Under the pieces are notes generated by a model that saw only the letters and a program-made list of their open reading frames with translations, made no database searches and was not told where the DNA came from. A DNA stretch of 63,727 nt, counting the filler, from Octopus bimaculoides (Eukaryota): assembly GCF_001194135.2 (NCBI RefSeq). It is 6 parts of 5 records of this genome, joined end to end, with 100 filler letters (N's around TTAATTAATTAA, not from the genome) between each part and the next. Parts side by side here need not be neighbours in the genome. Positions count along the whole stretch, not along the records: positions 1 to 9,827 come from NC_068981.1; positions 9,928 to 21,573 come from NC_068982.1; 4 more parts are not named here. One strand, written 5' to 3'. Position 1 is the stretch's first letter, and each line of letters starts with the position of its first letter. This document shows positions 1 to 12,553 of this stretch, piece after piece. The translations under genes were made by a program, and so were the position numbers.

Positions 1-1214
1 GTATGTGTTGTCCAAACCACTATCCGGCAGCGTCCAATTCTCTAACGGTTTTTTTCAAATGAATCAAGTCATAACCTTATCCATCTATTGTTTTCATAAT
101 CGGTCATAATGTCTTACGTTTAAGATGATTCCCATGCTTTCCCTGATGAGAAGGTTACAATTTTAATATCAAAGATCCCTATGGATCACACAGGTTGTAA
201 TCCTTTGAAACATATGTAGGAATAAAGTATGCAATTATAACATGCGTTTTCTCCATTCCTTAAATTCTTATATATATATATATATATATATATAATTTCA
301 AATTAATAATAAAAGGGTAAAATTAATCAATTAAATTAATTGATTAATCAATCAATCAATTAATAATTTTACCAAGTAGATCGGTACGTTAAAATAACCT
401 TTATAGGTAAAATTATACAAATACTCTATAATTATAAAGATAAAAGCTCACCAATCCGTATATCATGGTATCAGTCTGTTACCACACACCAACAGTACAC
501 CTGTAAAACACTGAATGTCTAAAACACTATAAATGCTTAATGACTTCAAAACACTTGATGATCTATCACGGTAACTGCGCATCTTCAAAACTGTACGCTT
601 AAATCTCAGATTCTTCTTTAAAGCTATAAAACATTTTATCTTAGGTTTCTGTCTCAAAAATCCTCAACTAAAATCTACTTTGGAGTACTGATCCAATATC
701 AGAGAATGATGCTGTTCCTAGAATCACAAGCATTCTAGATCGCATCTTGAAGTTGCTGCCAACATAATAATTGGCAAACATTCACCAGTATACAACTATT
801 AACTTATAGACATGATATTTCTTCCTGCTCCAGCTCTTGCTGCTTATACCACGACTACAGTTAGCTACATGTATACCCTCTGCACCCAGACTGATATTTC
901 CTACCACCGTCTCCATGTGTGTCATCCACGGATATCACGCTATTCGCATAACTGAGCCCTTCTTTCTGTGAAATGTAACCATCTCCGGATGCTGTCTTTG
1001 CAGATAATCTCTTTGCCTACTTATACTCATATACAAAGTTTCAAACTGAATCGACCTTACAATTCTAGTTGCACATGTATTTTTCTTTAGGTTAGCCCAG
1101 ATTGAAATGTATAAATGGTATTCCAGTCATGTAAGTAGCATAGCTTTTTTTTTCTCTCTATGTTATAGAACTAAATGATCTATCACCCCATTTCTAAACT
1201 GATAGAATATTATT

Positions 1215-1571
1215 TTAGGTAGATTTGACAGCTATTTCTAGGAGGGCTTCAAAAGCCCGTGATGCGTCTATCATTAACACCGATGCTTTATTATTTATAA
1301 TAAAATTGCACCCATTGACACTTTCCCTGCTTTGAACGTAACTCCTAATATTAGAAGTAGCACTCATAATAGACAGTACTAGTGTTGTCATTGCCACTTC
1401 ACACAGTGAACCTAATTCATCATTGCGATTTTCATCGCGAAGCATTTTATGTAATTCGAAAATGACATTGAAAGAATTTTCAACGTCAAAGCGTGTGGCT
1501 GTTTCTCATAAAAATGAACGATATGTAATAAAACCGGATATAATATTTACGTCCATTTTTATCTCCGGCAT
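1215..1571 (-). pseudogene. Possible decayed hAT-transposase C-terminal (dimerisation-domain-like) fragment; otherwise an unassigned protein-like frame
   Basis: Minus frame reads MPEIKMDVNIISGFITYRSFL*ETATRFDVENSFNVIFELHKMLRDENRNDELGSLCEVAMTTLVLSIMSATSNIRSYVQSRESVNGCNFIINNK..., with one internal TGA at 1506-1508. LCEVAMTTLVLSIMSATS...IRSYVQS..ESVNG loosely resembles the hAT LxKLAxIxLxLPxSSAxxERSFS...IKxYLRSTxxxERLNG pattern. Resemblance by eye only. Confidence 0.25.
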
Positions 1572-1777
1572 TCATTGAATGGTTTGCAATTTTGTAGGAA
1601 GCATCTACACAGGCAAACGCACGCATTCACACAAATATGAGTATATAAACAAACACACACATTTCTCCTACTGCCATCCCTGATGTATCTTCATTCCCGG
1701 ATACTACGCATAACTCATAACTCTATTTTTCTTTCTGTGAAATGCAACCATCTGGAAATATACATATGCATATACAT

Positions 1778-1821
<44 letters not shown>

Positions 1822-1829
1822 GTACAGGT

Positions 1830-3062
1830 GCAGGCGTGGCTGTGTGATAAGGAGCTTGCTTCCCAACCACGTGCTTCCGGGTTCAGTCCCACTGCATGGC
1901 ACCTTGGGTGAGTGTTTTCTACTATTGCCTGGGACCGATCACGGCCTTGGGAGTGGATTTGGGAGACGGAAGGAGGTGTGTACGCTTGTGTATTCGCTTG
2001 TGTGTATATATATATATATATATATATNNNNNNNNNNNNNNNNNNNNNNNNNNNNNNNNNNNNNNNNNNNNNNNNNNNNNNNNNNNNNNNNNNNNNNNNN
2101 NNNNNNNNNNNNNNNNNNNNNNNNNNNNNNNNNNNNNNNNNNNNNNNNNNNNNNNNNNNNNNNNNNNNNNNNNNNNNNNNNNNNNNNNNNNNNNNNNNNN
2201 NNNNNNNNNNNNNNNNNNNNNNNNNNNNNNNNNNNNNNNNNNNNNNNNNNNNNNNNNNNNNNNNNNNNNNNNNNNNNNNNNNNNNNNNNNNNNNNNNNNN
2301 NNNNNNNNNNNNNNNNNNNNNNNNNNNNNNNNNNNNNNNNNNNNNNNNNNNNNNNNNNNNNNNNNNNNNNNNNNNNNNNNNNNNNNNNNNNNNNNNNNNN
2401 NNNNNNNNNNNNNNNNNNNNNNNNNNNNNNNNNNNNNNNNNNNNNNNNNNNNNNNNNNNNNNNNNNNNNNNNNNNNNNNNNNNNNNNNNNNNNNNNNNNN
2501 NNNNNNNNNNNNNNNNNNNNNNNNNNNNNNNNNNNNNNNNNNNNNNNNNNNNNNNNNNNNNNNNNNNNNNNNNNNNNNNNNNNNNNNNNNNNNNNNNNNN
2601 NNNNNNNNNNNNNNNNNNNNNNNNNNNNNNNNNNNNNNNNNNNNNNNNNNNNNNNNNNNNNNNNNNNNNNNNNNNNNNNNNNNNNNNNNNNNNNNNNNNN
2701 NNNNNNNNNNNNNNNNNNNNNNNNNNNNNNNNNNNNNNNNNNNNNNNNNNNNNNNNNNNNNNNNNNNNNNNNNNNNNNNNNNNNNNNNNNNNNNNNNNNN
2801 NNNNNNNNNNNNNNNNNNNNNNNNNATATATATATTTGTTTGTGTGTCTTTGTGTCTGTGTTTGTCCCCCATCACCACTTGACAACTGGAATCGGTGTGT
2901 TTACGTCCCTGTAACTTAGCGGCTCAGCCAGAACTCTGATGGAATAGGTACTAGGCTTTAAAAAAGTATGTCCTAGGGTTGATTTGTTCGACTAAAACCC
3001 TTCAAGCCGGTGCTCCAGCAGGGCCGCAGACACATGACTGAAACAAATAGAAGAATAAAAGA
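1830..3062 (+). mobile_element. SINE family A (tRNA-derived head), interrupted by (TA)n and an N-gap
   Basis: Head caggcgtggctgtgtgataaggagcttgcttcccaaccac...gggttcagtcccactgc at 1831-1895. The 3' body after the gap (gtttacgtccctgtaacttagcgg...gctccagca...tgactgaaacaa) matches copies at 11880, 31783 and 55800. Confidence 0.85.
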
Positions 3063-3112
3063 ATGCATACATACATACATACATACATACATACATACAT
3101 ACATACATACAT

Positions 3113-3749
3113 AGGAGAGGTTTTGGTATCCAGAAGATTCAAAATGGTAGGTAATGCTACGTAAGTGCTACGGAGGGACTGTAGTTAGACTCCCGGTTCG
3201 GTAATAGTATGAGTGAGGAGTCTTAAGTGGGTCGTGTGTGAGCATGTATATGTTAAATAAAGTGAGACAACAAAGTCAAGGCATTGTGAAATTTCTAAGA
3301 CATTTATAAAGAGAAAGGTAGTCTTACAGATGTTTCAGGGATATGAAGGATATCCCATCATAAGAGTTGATATGAGAGTGTTAAAGAGAAGAGAATAGTA
3401 GAGTTAAGAAGTTAATTTGGAAAGTGAGAGATATAGGAATTATAAAAGGAGATATGAGAATGAAAATAAAGATATATGTTGCAGTTCCATTATCCAAGGA
3501 AAGTGTTGTGTAGAATGGGTGGAGCGGTTGATTGACCTCGGGATGTAAATTCCGATAGGAGTTCATGTTTTGTTATTACAAATGGATGGTGTGGAGACAT
3601 TAACTCCATGTGCTATTCATTCAAAGGGGTTTTGTAGTGTGAATGAAAGTTTGAGAAAGTACTGGTAGGAGTTAGTAAATAGAGAGAAGAGAATAGATAT
3701 GTAAATTAGAAGGAGGAAAATGGTATTGGTCAAAAGGAATAGAGGAGGA

Positions 3750-3813
<64 letters not shown>

Positions 3814-4090
3814 GGAACGGAAAATAAAAACTGAAGTGCTAGATGGTGGTCAAGATACTGTGAGGCGGAGGGGAGGGGTTTTATCAGTAGATAAAAAGAA
3901 TAGAGTGAGGGGAAGAAGTAAGAGATAAGAATATAAGGAAGGTATGTGTATAAGAAGTGGGAGGTGGGATGATATGTTTGAAAGGCGCTAAGATGGAGAG
4001 AGAGGTAAAGAAAATGGTACAGTGGTGTACTAAAAGTGAGGAGTAAACCTCAAAAAGGAAGGGAAGAAAAACAAGATATAATGGTCAAGT
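3113..4090 (-). mobile_element. Degenerate Penelope-like 3' region / pseudo-LTR remnant, with (GAAA)n at about 3750-3812
   Basis: CT-rich on the minus strand. A decayed frame near 3600-3660 (SFTLQ.P...HGVN) resembles the PLE GIY-YIG terminus GTLxPxGIN. An HHR relic lies downstream at 3322-3368. Confidence 0.4.
3322..3368 (-). ncRNA. Decayed minimal hammerhead ribozyme relic
   Basis: Minus sense tct-tATGATGG-GATAT-ccttc-ATATCCC-t-GAAAC-atct-GTA-aga. Stem II, GAAAC and GUA are retained; the CUGAUGA box and stem III palindrome are mutated. Confidence 0.4.
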
Positions 4091-4189
4091 TTCTAAAAAT
4101 AGACGTAGGTATCAATTGTACTACATAAAGTGTTGGTTGACAACTGTAGTAAAATGACTGACTTCTTCCTTTTTATACCTTTTAGAACG

Positions 4190-5205
4190 CTCCAACATGC
4201 TGAATTTTTCGAATACGGTTTTGATCAATCAGCATGCAGCTTAATCGTCACGAAATTCCGAGCGCTCCGATATTACTGGCATAGATTCCGCTTTTATTTT
4301 AACCCAATTAGTTTGCGTTTTACATGTAATGGTTTTATGAGTGAGCAAACTTAGTTGGCTTTGATCATTTTTATTTCAATTGGTGAGAGTCTTCTGCAAT
4401 TTGTTTATTGTCATATGTTAAAGGCATTTTTTAATCCACATCATTAACTGGCTGTTATATTGTTGTTATTTCCGTTCAGAACAGGTTTGAACATTTTAAT
4501 GAAACTTTTTATCTTTTATCTTTCTTCTAACTTCTCTTGTGTCATGTAGTTTGTGGAAAGGAAAAATTAGAAACATTTTCTGACCGCATGTTTCTATATC
4601 TTCGCTGAATGAAATTTGGCGAACATTTGTGTTCCAGAATTGTTGTCTGTGGACTCGTGAGCGTTCTGATAATGCATTCCATGTCTTGTCAATATATAGA
4701 TCTTCGCAATTAGGGCATTTGATGCAGTGGATCAAATTTCTGCTTTTGCAGCTCATATTTGAATTTGTGAAAATCTGTCCACTTTTCTTCTAATGGATTT
4801 ACTGGTATGAATGTATTGACACGCTCAACATCTGTTATCATTACACTTGGATACTCTGAATGTTTTATCCTGTTTCTTCGTGTTGAATTTTGCATTTGCT
4901 AATAGTTTCTTTAGGTTATGTGGTTGCTTTTTGCTTAAGATAAGTGTTTGATTAGTTATTGTTTTTTCAATTTTTCCCTTTGTTTCATGATTGGCAAATT
5001 TGCTTTGATGATGTTAAAAATGTTTTGGTGATGCGGATTGTATGTTACTAGAAATGGTATTGTGTTCCTCTGATGGATTTGTCTTTCTCGTGTTGTCCTA
5101 AGTTGTTCAATAGGTATCTCTTTTGCTCGTTGTATGATACTATAGGTAAACATTTGGTTACGCTTCGGTCCCAATTCGTAACACCTTGGGCAAGAGTATT
5201 TTTAC
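4190..5205 (-). mobile_element. Penelope-like retroelement fragment: RT thumb/linker plus GIY-YIG endonuclease, frameshifted
   Basis: ORF 4956-5174 IQRAKEIPIEQLRTTRE...IPFLVTYNPHHQNIFNII. ORF 4496-4756 CKSRNLIHCIKCPNCEDLYIDKT...LSERSRVHRQQ, the PLE GIY-YIG pattern CxSxNLIYxIxCxxCxxxYIGxT. Confidence 0.85.
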
Positions 5206-5327
5206 TAAAGCCTCCAATTGATTAATGCTTTGCGTAAAATTTGATACACAGAAACAGTATGTAAACTGATTGTGTGTGTGTATGTACGCTTGTGTATATG
5301 CATACACACACACGCGCACACACACAC

Positions 5328-5365
<38 letters not shown>

Positions 5366-5526
5366 CGTGTGTGTGTTTGTGTGTGTATGTATTATGAGCA
5401 TAACCACATCCCCACAACAAACATTCATGTAAACAGTTTGTTAGTTTTTCTACCACAGACACTTAGATGAATATCTAACTCTGATTTTATTTATGTTTTT
5501 TTTTGTAAGAAATGTACCTCATAGAA

Positions 5527-5655
5527 TTTATTCTTATTATTCTTTCATTCTTTTACATGTTTCAGCCATGTTACTGTGGCCATGCTGGAGCACTGCCTTT
5601 ACTCGAACAAATCGACCCCAGGACTTATTCTTTGTAAGCATGGTACTTAATTATC
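5527..5655 (-). mobile_element. SINE family A, 3' fragment
   Basis: tgtttcagccatgttactgtggccatgctggagcactgcc...aatcgaccccaggacttattctttgtaagc matches the 3' end of family A. Confidence 0.8.
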
Positions 5656-5779
5656 AAGGAATTCATGAATGGCGGCTCAGCCCTTATGTATTTACTCAAA
5701 ATGGAATGGAAATCCGTCAGTAGATAAGTCATCTTTTGACATGAAGAAGAGCAGTGGTCCAGTGGAACTGATAGTAAGC

Positions 5780-7070
5780 ATATAAACATCTTGTGTTGGT
5801 CTTCCGACATGTCACCTTCCATAAGGTCTTTGTAAGTGCATTACGACCAAAGAAAGCGCAGATGTGCGGGTGAGATTATTTCTGGTCACTCTATTAAACA
5901 AAACAACTTGCTAGAGTTCTCTATTTGCAGGGCAATCCAAATTTTCTCGGACTGCAAGCTGTCATTCCTGGTTAGAGACCGACATTCCCTTCTGTTCATT
6001 GCAAACTGTTCCTAATTAATGCCGATAATTCAAAGACTAAAAGTTATCTCTTTTGGTTTGTGCTGGGGACTCTTACCGAATATTAATTCTCCATAAGGCA
6101 ACTACGTCGAAAATCTGACAACATCAAGTCGAATTATATAACCAACTCGCAGCATATCTGTTTAATGAGGCAACCTTCTATACTGAGAGAGCTCGTTCAA
6201 TATCATAGGCAAAATATTTCTGACTGACATTTGATATTAGTCTTAACCATCTTTCAAGTATTTTGATGTGTCGTCAATACACTGTAATTGTTTCTAACGA
6301 TTTGAGCAGGGATTGATGAGGCAATCGTAGATCCAAAGCTTGGTGGAAATGTTCAAGTTACCTTCTCATCAGATTCGTTTCTCAAGTGTCCCAAATGCGA
6401 CTGAAATATTTCTAATCTTCAAGCTGATCTCAGAATCTAAGAGTTTATCGCTTGAGATATAGCTGCCAAAGCGCTCAAATAATTCAACAATATCAAGACT
6501 GGTCTGTTGGACAAGTATACTTGGTGTCGTATACAACTCACTGGGAACACGTGTAAACATCACCTGGGGTTTTTAGGTTAATTGCAAATCCAAAAGAAGA
6601 AGAGGCACTGGAAAAGTTCTTTCTCAAAGAGGGTCACAAGATCACAATCATCAGCATACAACAAATTGGGGACTTATAAGTTATAAAATTCCACAATTTA
6701 GCATTGAAAAGGCTCGGATTAAACAGATAACCCACTGTGCGATAACGAACAATATTACTTAGATTACAGTCCGGAAATGCATGAGCCATTATGTCTACAT
6801 GAATTAAGTTGCTGCATGTATATCCACCTGCTTAATACCGTTGCCCATAAGAACAGGTTCCGACTGAGTGCCATTTGAATTGAATTACGCTTTCATATAG
6901 TGTGTAATTCAACAAACATATAAAAAACTAAGGTGAATACCCCAACCTTCCCAGAATTTTCTATACTGCATTTCTCTTCACCATATCAAAAGCTTGCGTT
7001 AAGCCAACAAAAACTTGATAAACGAGAGATCCGTTCACAACTCTTGAAAGAGTCTGACACCAAAAATCGG
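5780..7070 (-). mobile_element. RTE-clade LINE, 5'-truncated, degenerate RT and C-terminus
   Basis: Minus frames give FVGLTQAFDMVKRNAV (about 7000), NGTQSEPVLMGNGIKQ (about 6850), LLYADDCDLV (about 6640-6670), FGSYISSDKLLDSEISLKIRNISVAFGTLEKR (6369-6563) and LPYGELIFGKSPQHKPK (about 6060). Confidence 0.85.
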
Positions 7071-7075
7071 ATGGC

Positions 7076-7224
<149 letters not shown>

Positions 7225-7997
7225 ATATTATGAGTGTGTATTCGTACAAATATGCGTCTATGCGTTTCTGTTAGTGTGTAGTAACAAATATTCTAGGAAA
7301 TGTTTATTCTACAACACACCCAGAAATGATATACTTCACATTTTTTATTGATGCCACTATTTATACCAATTCACAAAATGCACACAAGCACACAAGCACA
7401 TGCAGAAACACTCAACTATATGCACACGCAGGCATACACACACACACAGATACACACACACGCTCACACACATATATATACTAGTGTGTGTGTGTGTGTA
7501 AATGTGTTTATGTATATATGCGCGTGTATATCTGCGTTTGTTACATTAGTGTTGCCTTACATTTTCTGAACTGAAAACCAAATTATGGCAAATCCTCTTC
7601 CAATGATCAAAAGGAGATTTCAGCAAAATCATAATGAAATTAGTAAAGGGTATAGATGCGGGGTAGATGAAGAGATAAGAAATAAGAAATAGTATTGGAG
7701 AAGATAGGCAGAAAAATATTTAAACAATTTGAATTTGGCAAAGATAAGTAATGTACGAAATCACTAATATTTTGAGAAATCTTGGCAAAGGTCATTATTA
7801 CAAGGATTTTTTAAAAGCATTTGATATTTCTCTTTTTCTTTTTCTTTGTTTTATATGGCAACTTCGTGAATAACAGTGTTGTTAGCTTATAGGTTCAGAA
7901 AAACTTGTTAGTCACGAGTTCACTTCTTTTCGACGGCGAGGTGTATCAAGGGATTGCATGGGCAACTCGTGCGGAATGACACACGTTCTTCATGTGT

Positions 7998-8051
<54 letters not shown>

Positions 8052-8054
8052 GTG

Positions 8055-8315
8055 AAGACGCGTGACTTAGTGATGAGGGTATCCGTCTTATGATCGTAAG
8101 GTCGTGAGTTCGATACCTGGTATTGCGTTGTATCCTTGAGTAAGACACTTTATTTCACGTTGCTCCAGTCCATTCAGTTAGCAAAATTGAGTAGTACCTG
8201 TAATTCAAAGGTCTAGCCTTGTCACATTCTGTATCTCTGATAACTACGTTTAGGGTACGCATGTTTGTGGAGTGCCCGGCCACTTGCATGTAAATTTCAC
8301 GAGCAGGTTGTTTTG
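8055..8315 (+). mobile_element. SINE family C (tRNA-derived head)
   Basis: gacgcgtgacttagtgatgagggt...gtcgtgagttcgatacctgg (A/B boxes), then ccttgagtaagacactttatttcacgttgctccagtcca. Homologous to 56578-56897. Confidence 0.85.
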
Positions 8316-8359
8316 TGAGCGTATGTATATGTATGCATATGAATGTATGTATATATATG

Positions 8360-8398
<39 letters not shown>

Positions 8399-8469
8399 TG
8401 TGTCTAGGGAGAGTCATTCTCTTTTAGTGCCCTATTATGTAACACACTCACCGGTAAAGTTTCCACTCA

Positions 8470-9130
8470 TTTCCACCATTTCCACTCGGAATTCCTATTC
8501 AAACAAGGAGAGAGGCTCACAATTAAAACCAACTACACTTGCGCTTCCGAGATTCTAATTTATGTTATAACTTGCTCAGGTTGTGGACATAATTATATAG
8601 GACAGAAAAATATGACACAGAGGGAGAACCACACTACATAAGGAACAGATCCGGTTCCCGCAATACAGACTTGTTTGAGTGAGCACAGAGAGATGTGCTG
8701 GTAATATCCAACCATACTTCACAGTTTCCCCAAACAGTGCAAAGAAACAATTTCTATAAAAAAACGTTTGGATAAAGGGAATTTCTTCATCGAAAAATAC
8801 GGAACGCGTCTAAATATGAACACATAACCAACTTAGATCTCAGTATACATTTCAATTCACGATCATATACCCATCACTATACATATTTCTTCTCACTACT
8901 TTAGGTTTGTGTTTTTGAGTATATTTATCCCCTCCACGAAAGATGAACAATTACCTCCCCTGTCCCCAATAATAACGATCACCAATTACAACCCCTTAGA
9001 TTTTTCTACTTGTTGAATCATTCATTCATAAACTTATCCACATTCATGGACTAAAATCTTCCTTCAGAAAATATGAAATTAGAAGAATTTCAAAGTCGTG
9101 ATTAACGAAAGCGAAATCGGTCGAAAAACA
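8470..9130 (+). mobile_element. Penelope-like GIY-YIG fragment plus 3' region
   Basis: Plus frames read CASE.LIYVITCSGCGHNYIGQ (about 8540-8605), TLHKEQIRFPQYR, RCAGNIQPYFTVFP and FFIEKYGTRLNMNT*. A partial HHR-like relic (gcgaaatcggtcgaaa) lies at 9088-9126. Confidence 0.8.
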
Positions 9131-9176
9131 CAATATACAATATATGTTAATATTATGTAAAGTGTGTGAATTCACC

Positions 9177-9270
9177 CTTTTAAAGCTTGGCCACGCTCAT
9201 GGTCCCGGTTTCCCGGTTTAAATGGCTTATGTGTTCCCCAGCTGGACGGGACGCCAGTCCATCGCAGCGT
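9177..9270 (-). mobile_element. SINE 3' fragment with a V-domain-like segment
   Basis: Minus sense ctgcgatggactggcgtcccgtccagctgggg resembles the V-SINE motif as I recall it. Its aaaccgggaaaccg motif also occurs at about 44740. Confidence 0.45.
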
Positions 9271-9790
9271 NNNNNNNNNNNNNNNNNNNNNNNNNNNNNN
9301 NNNNNNNNNNNNNNNNNNNNNNNNNNNNNNNNNNNNNNNNNNNNNNNNNNNNNNNNNNNNNNNNNNNNNNTATATATATATTTGTGTGTGTGTGTGTGTG
9401 TGTCTGTCATATATATATCCATACAGCCATAGGTAAATACATATGTATTACGTACTATGTGTGTATCACTAAAACTCGAGTACTACCTTATCGATTTAAT
9501 TCAAATTCTACCCGTGCCTCCCTTAGACCACTTCTTTTGTCATGGACCAAAAAATTTTCAACTTCTTGTCTAATGCGACCCTCGAGCAATCTCGTATCTC
9601 ACACACTACTTCGGTGTTACGTGTCAAAAGTGAAACAATATATCTATTATAGAGTGAGATGATAATTTCAGTTTATTATTGTCACTATCAGTACTTCCAA
9701 TATGCTTATAACATATACATACGGAAACAAGTGATACTAAAACTATTAAATCACATATATACATGCATACATATATATATATATATATAT

Positions 9791-9827
<37 letters not shown>

Positions 9828-9932
9828 NNNNNNNNNNNNNNNNNNNNNNNNNNNNNNNNNNNNNNNNNNNNTTAATTAATTAANNNNNNNNNNNNNNNNN
9901 NNNNNNNNNNNNNNNNNNNNNNNNNNNTGTAT

Positions 9933-9966
<34 letters not shown>

Positions 9967-10941
9967 ATATACACACACAATACATTAAACTTCAGTATCA
10001 TTGAATTTCTTTTTAACGCTACTAAAAGTCAGCACATACACACTCAATATATGTACATATAACTGTCCGCTCAATCGGTTGCGTATTTTGGAAACCTACT
10101 GCATTGCTTTATATATTTTTTCCTTATTTGTTACCTTATCTCTCAAATGTCTCTTAGATGTCAAAAAAATGTTTTCTTCATTAACTAATAAAACAGATAA
10201 ATTATTCAACGTCGACCAACCAACTATAAATAATAGATTTAGATAGTTTCACTCCATGCTTGTTATGTAGCGAATTTTCATCTATTGTTCATAACAGTCC
10301 GAGCATCGAGAATTAGAAACTCAGTGTAACGATTAATGGGATTTAAGTTTCCGTTAAATTACATCACATTATATTAAATGCTTAGTATATTGCCTTTGTC
10401 ACTTGTTTACGTTCAGTTGTTTATCTTTCTTTCTCTCTTCACAAACACATATATATTTCTGTGGTTATGTGCGTGTCTTTATTTGTGTGGGTATGGTGTG
10501 TATGTGTGTATCAATATATATATATATATATATATANNNNNNNNNNNNNNNNNNNNNNNNNNNNNNNNNNNNNNNNNNNNNNNNNNNNNNNNNNNNNNNN
10601 NNNNNNNNNNNNNNNNNNNNNNNNNNNNNNNNNNNNNNNNNNNNNNNNNNNNNNNNNNNNNNNNNNNNNNNNNNNNNNNNNNNNNNNNNNNNNNNNNNNN
10701 NNNNNNNNNNNNNNNNNNNNNNNNNNNNNNNNNNNNNNNNNNNNNNNNNNNNNNNNNNNNNNNNNNNNNNNNNNNNNNNNNNNNNNNNNNNNNNNNNNNN
10801 NNNNNNNNNNNNNNNNNNNNNNNNNNNNNNNNNNNNNNNNNNNNNNNNNNNNNNNNNNNNNNNNNNNNNNNNNNNNNNNNNNNNNNNNNNNNNNNNNNNN
10901 NNNNNNNNNNNNNNNNNNNNNNNNNNNNNNNNNNNNNNNNN

Positions 10942-11013
<72 letters not shown>

Positions 11014-11879
11014 GTATATAACTTATAGTTATAACTTTTGCACATAAGCGAATTTGAAGAATGCGATAAATTGTTAAGTGTTACAAGCAACAGTTGCCCT
11101 ATATTCGTGTCTAGTTGTGATTGAATAAGGCCAGAAATTGCAACCGAAGCAATAATCAATACGATCAGCAAAATGGAACCGTGTCAGTTATTCACATCAG
11201 AAGAAAAATCGATAAATTGCTCTAACCCAGTGTTGGCAATGTAACAGAACCCAAAATATTATGTAAAACCGAGTTTGATTGCACAGATCATTGTTTTAGC
11301 TTTTTCTCTTAATTCTAGCATCAGTATTTCTTGTTTTATTCTCATCTATTTTCTTTTTTCTCACATTTCTTTTGATCAATCGAATTTTCTCTTTTATTAT
11401 ATTCTGTATATTTTTTTTCTCACAGATCCACGTCCATTGATCATCCTCGTTATCATCATCATCATCATCATACTCCTCCTCCTCCTCATCATCATCATCA
11501 ACAACATCAATACCATTATCACTACTGTTAATATTATTATTGTTGTTGTTGTTGCTGTTGCTTTCGCGTTTGATATTATTTTTGTTGCTGCAAAGAGTAT
11601 TATTATTGTTATTATTATTGTTGCTTTGTCGTTGTTGATATGATTATTTTGTCTCTTTCAATACTGACGTTGCTAGTGCTGTGAATATTATCGCCATTAT
11701 TTCTTACAGAGTGATAAGAAAAAACGGCGGGGNNNNNNNNNNNNGGGGGGGGGGGGGGGGGAGTCAGCGTTGCGGATGCTCGACTAAAACACTCTCTATA
11801 CACATTTCCATATTGTGTGCGAATCTCGGCGCAGTAGATCACGTTTTAATCTTACCAGGATCTGAATATATGTATTCGT

Positions 11880-12277
11880 TTTTTCCTTTTATTCTTTTCT
11901 TTGTTTCAGTCATTTGACTGCAGCCATGCTGGAGCACCACTTTTAGTCGAACATATCGACCCCAGGAGTTAGACTTTTTCTTTGTAGCCTAGTACTTATT
12001 TTATCTGTCCTTTCTCCCGAACCACTAAGCTACGGGGACACAAACACACCAACATCAGTTGACAAGCGATGATGGTGAGACAAACACAGACACACAAGCA
12101 TACACACATACACACATACATATATATATATACGACGAGCTTCTTTCAGTTTCCGTCTGCTAGATCCACTCACAAGGCTTTGGTCGGCCAGAGGCTATAG
12201 TAGAAGACACCTGCCCAGGGTGTCACGCAGTGGGACTGAACCCGGAAGCTACTTACCACACAGCTACTCCTGCGCCA
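11880..12277 (-). mobile_element. SINE family A, near full length
   Basis: All family A segments are present in order, with an internal (CA)n/(TA)n tract. Confidence 0.9.
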
Positions 12278-12338
12278 CATTTATTTAGAAGTCACTCGCC
12301 TTAGTTGTTGACCAAGTTTCATTGTAATATTTAATCAT

Positions 12339-12553
12339 TGGCCGTGAGCTAGCTGAATCGTTAGCACGCTGGGCAAAATGCATATCGGCATATCGTTCGT
12401 CTTTATGTTCAGAGTCCAAATTCCGCCGGGGTCAAATTTGCCTTTCATCTTTATGGAGTTGATAAACTAAATACCGGTTCAGTACTGTGGCCTATTTATC
12501 CGATTTACCACCTCCTCGTACATGCTTGCCTTGTTTCAAAATTTAAAACCAAT
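12339..12553 (+). mobile_element. SINE family B
   Basis: gagctagctgaatcgttagcacgctgggcaaaatgc...gagtccaaattccgccggggtcaaatttgcctttcatc matches the other B copies. Confidence 0.85.

Noticed and set aside
1704-2919. Long ORFs spanning N-gaps (also 10378-11171, 23789-24808, 47068-47972, 52028-52886, 53288-53983, 55143-55736, 63183-63600)
   Set aside because: They are open only because N codons are not stops.
9872-9883. TTAATTAATTAA islands inside N-runs (also 21618-21629, 33078-33089, 42541-42552, 60757-60768)
   Set aside because: Identical palindromic 12-mer with stops in all six frames, centred in N44+12+N44 = 100 bp where counted (9828-9927). This is an assembly spacer, not biology.
11040-11258. 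TGA-as-Trp readthrough (NUMT or code-4 bacterial insert) for frames broken by a single TGA at 11184-11186 and 1506-1508
   Set aside because: No recognisable mitochondrial or bacterial gene motifs; the frames are short and readily explained by chance or decay.
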